From Octopus sinensis (taxonomy: Eukaryota): 64,000 nt of DNA. The stretch lies in the NCBI RefSeq assembly GCF_006345805.1, contig NC_043026.1, positions 10,044,001 through 10,108,000 on the forward strand, read 5' to 3'. This document shows positions 61,638 through 64,000 of the stretch, piece after piece. Each line of letters starts with the position of its first letter. Position 1 is the first letter of the stretch. A program made the position numbers and the translations under genes. The notes beneath the pieces are model-generated. The model was given only the letters and a program-made list of their open reading frames with translations. It had not been told where the DNA came from and did not search any database.

Positions 61638-62722
61638 TCATCATCATCATCGTTTAACGTCCGTTTTCTGTGCTAGCATGGGTTGGACGGTTCGACCAAG
61701 GTCTGGGAAGCCAGGGGCTGCACCAGGCTCCAGTCTGATCTGGCAGTGTTTCTACAGCTGGATGCCCTTCCTAACGCCAACCACTCCGCGAGTGTAGCGG
61801 GTGCTTTTTACGTGCCACCTGCACAGGTGCCAGGGGGGTGTCTAGCATCGGCCACGATCGGTTGGTGCTTTTAACGTGCCACCGGCACGGAAGCCAACCA
61901 AGGCGGCGCAGGCATCGGCCACATTCGGATGGTGCTTTTTAGGTGCCACCGGCACAGAAGCCAGTCGAGGCGGCGCTGGCAACGGCCACGTTCGGATGGT
62001 GCTTTTTATGTGCCACCGGCACAGGTATCACAACTACTATTTCCATTGATATTTGTTTCGATGTTCATGTACATGCACTTGACTCAACAGGTCTCCTCAA
62101 GCACAGCGAGATGTTCTGGGTCCCAAGGTACTTTGAATGGGCAGGGGCTATGCGGAACTGGTGCTGGAAGCATCCCAGGTCTTTGCAGTCATAGCACATC
62201 TCCAGAGATCTCAGTCCTTCGCCATTGCCTCAGTGAAGCCCAACACTCTGAGGTCATGCTTGACTACCTCATCTCATGTCTTCCTGGGTCTACCTCTCCC
62301 CCTGATTCCTTCAACTGTTTAGGAGCGGCACTTCTTCACACATCTTTCCTCATCCATCTGCAGTACATGACCATACCATCGCAGGCATCGCTCTTGCACA
62401 CCACATCTGATGCTTCTTATGTCCAGCATTTCTCTCAGGGTGCTTACACTCTGTTGTGCATTCGCACTGACATTGCACATCCAGCGGATCATGCTAGCTT
62501 CATTTCTTTCAAGTCTACGCATGTCTTCTGCAGTCATGGCCCATGTTTCACTACCGTGAAGCATGGCAGTTCGCACACATGCATCATACAATCTACCTTT
62601 CACTCTGAGGGAGAGACCCTTTGTCGCCAGTAGGGGTAGGAGCTTTCTAAACTTTGCCCAGGCTATTCGTATTCTAGTGGTGACACTCTCTGAGCATCCA
62701 CCTCCACTACTAACTTGGTCAC

Positions 62723-62724
<2 letters not shown>
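61638..62724 (-). mobile_element. RTE LINE 3' fragment (subfamily diverged from 19685-22629)
   Basis: (ATG)n tail; LGDQVSSGGGCSESV...GRLYDACVRTAMLHGSETW C-terminal ORF; (TA)n on both sides. Confidence 0.88.
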
Positions 62725-63057
<333 letters not shown>

Positions 63058-64000
63058 TGGTGCATAATTATTGCAGCTTTTTTTCAACAAATTTTATTTG
63101 AAATCATTTTTATTATTATTATTATTTTTATTAATAATAATTATTATTATTAATGTGATGAACGAGCAGAATCGTTACAAAATGCCAGACAAAATGCTTT
63201 GCATCATTTCTTCCAAGTTTAACGTTTTGAGTTCAAATCCTGCCGAGGTTGACTTTGTCTCTCATCCTTTTACAATTGATAAAATAAGAACCAGTTAGGG
63301 GCTGGGGTTGATTTCAGGCCTTCTCCCTATAGTAGGAAGGATTATTATTATGATCATCAAAACATGAAAAAAGTTGAGGGCATAGATGTAAGATTAAGGA
63401 ATTCACTTCACAAACTTGTGGTCTCAGGTTCAGTCCCACTTCGCAGCACCTTAAAGAATTAACTTCTTCTAATGTTCCAGGTTGACTTAAGCCTTGTGAG
63501 TGGGTTTCGTACATGGAACTGATAAAGCCTATGGTATATACATGTGTGTGTCTATATTAGTACTTGTTTGTGTATGCATGCGTGTGTGTGTGTGTGTGCA
63601 TATGTCTGCACACGTCTCCTTGTCTTGACATCTGCTGCGAATTATAAACAAATGTCACGTCGCACAAACAGTGTCGTTTATTTGCAGTGTTCCACCAGAA
63701 AACATATCCAACCATTGTGCTGTTCATGTTGGAAGAACTTGGGGAAATATTCTCTTGCTTGAAACCAGCTGAGGATTGGTGAGCCTCATCGAGTGTAGTC
63801 ATAGACTTGACTGAGTGGCACTCACAAGAACCTGGCAGGAAACAAAACAAAATTATGAGGGAAAACAACAACAAATAATAAACAGAAAAGAAAATACAAT
63901 ATCATTATAAAGGTTTTGACATCCATTTTCCCTAACTGGCATGGGTAGGACAGTTGGAGAGGAAGCAGTGAGCCAGAGGACATTGCTGAGCTCCAATGAA

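Overview
AT-rich, microsatellite-laden eukaryotic DNA. The SINE families and the style of zinc-finger expansion best fit a coleoid cephalopod (Octopus-like); this is recognition-level inference, not verified. Positions ~1.3-44.5 kb are a tandem cluster of seven paralogous C2H2 zinc-finger ORFs: five on the - strand and two on the + strand, 11-31 fingers each, behind a ~25-aa N-terminus with no KRAB/SCAN/BTB/ZAD domain. There is also one 5'-truncated ZF fragment and one disrupted ZF tail. Each ZF ORF is part of a duplicated unit: NRF1-like motif block, 52-bp VNTR (2-23 copies), intron, strong splice acceptor, an invariant 58-nt segment ending in a stop, leader, then the ZF ORF. Finger cassettes are visibly shuffled between paralogues. 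The rest is mobile DNA: RTE LINEs (one RT ORF with an internal PHD-like finger), tRNA-derived SINEs (one with a 13-copy tail array), two Helitrons, a pogo-like remnant, two GG-ended elements with 8-bp TSDs (Merlin-like), MITEs, three short Penelope-like repeats with a hammerhead-like core, a 103-bp near-perfect hairpin and one orphan ~295-aa ORF. No rRNA, true tRNA or CRISPR was seen. Coordinates were read by eye; TE boundaries are approximate unless TSDs are given.
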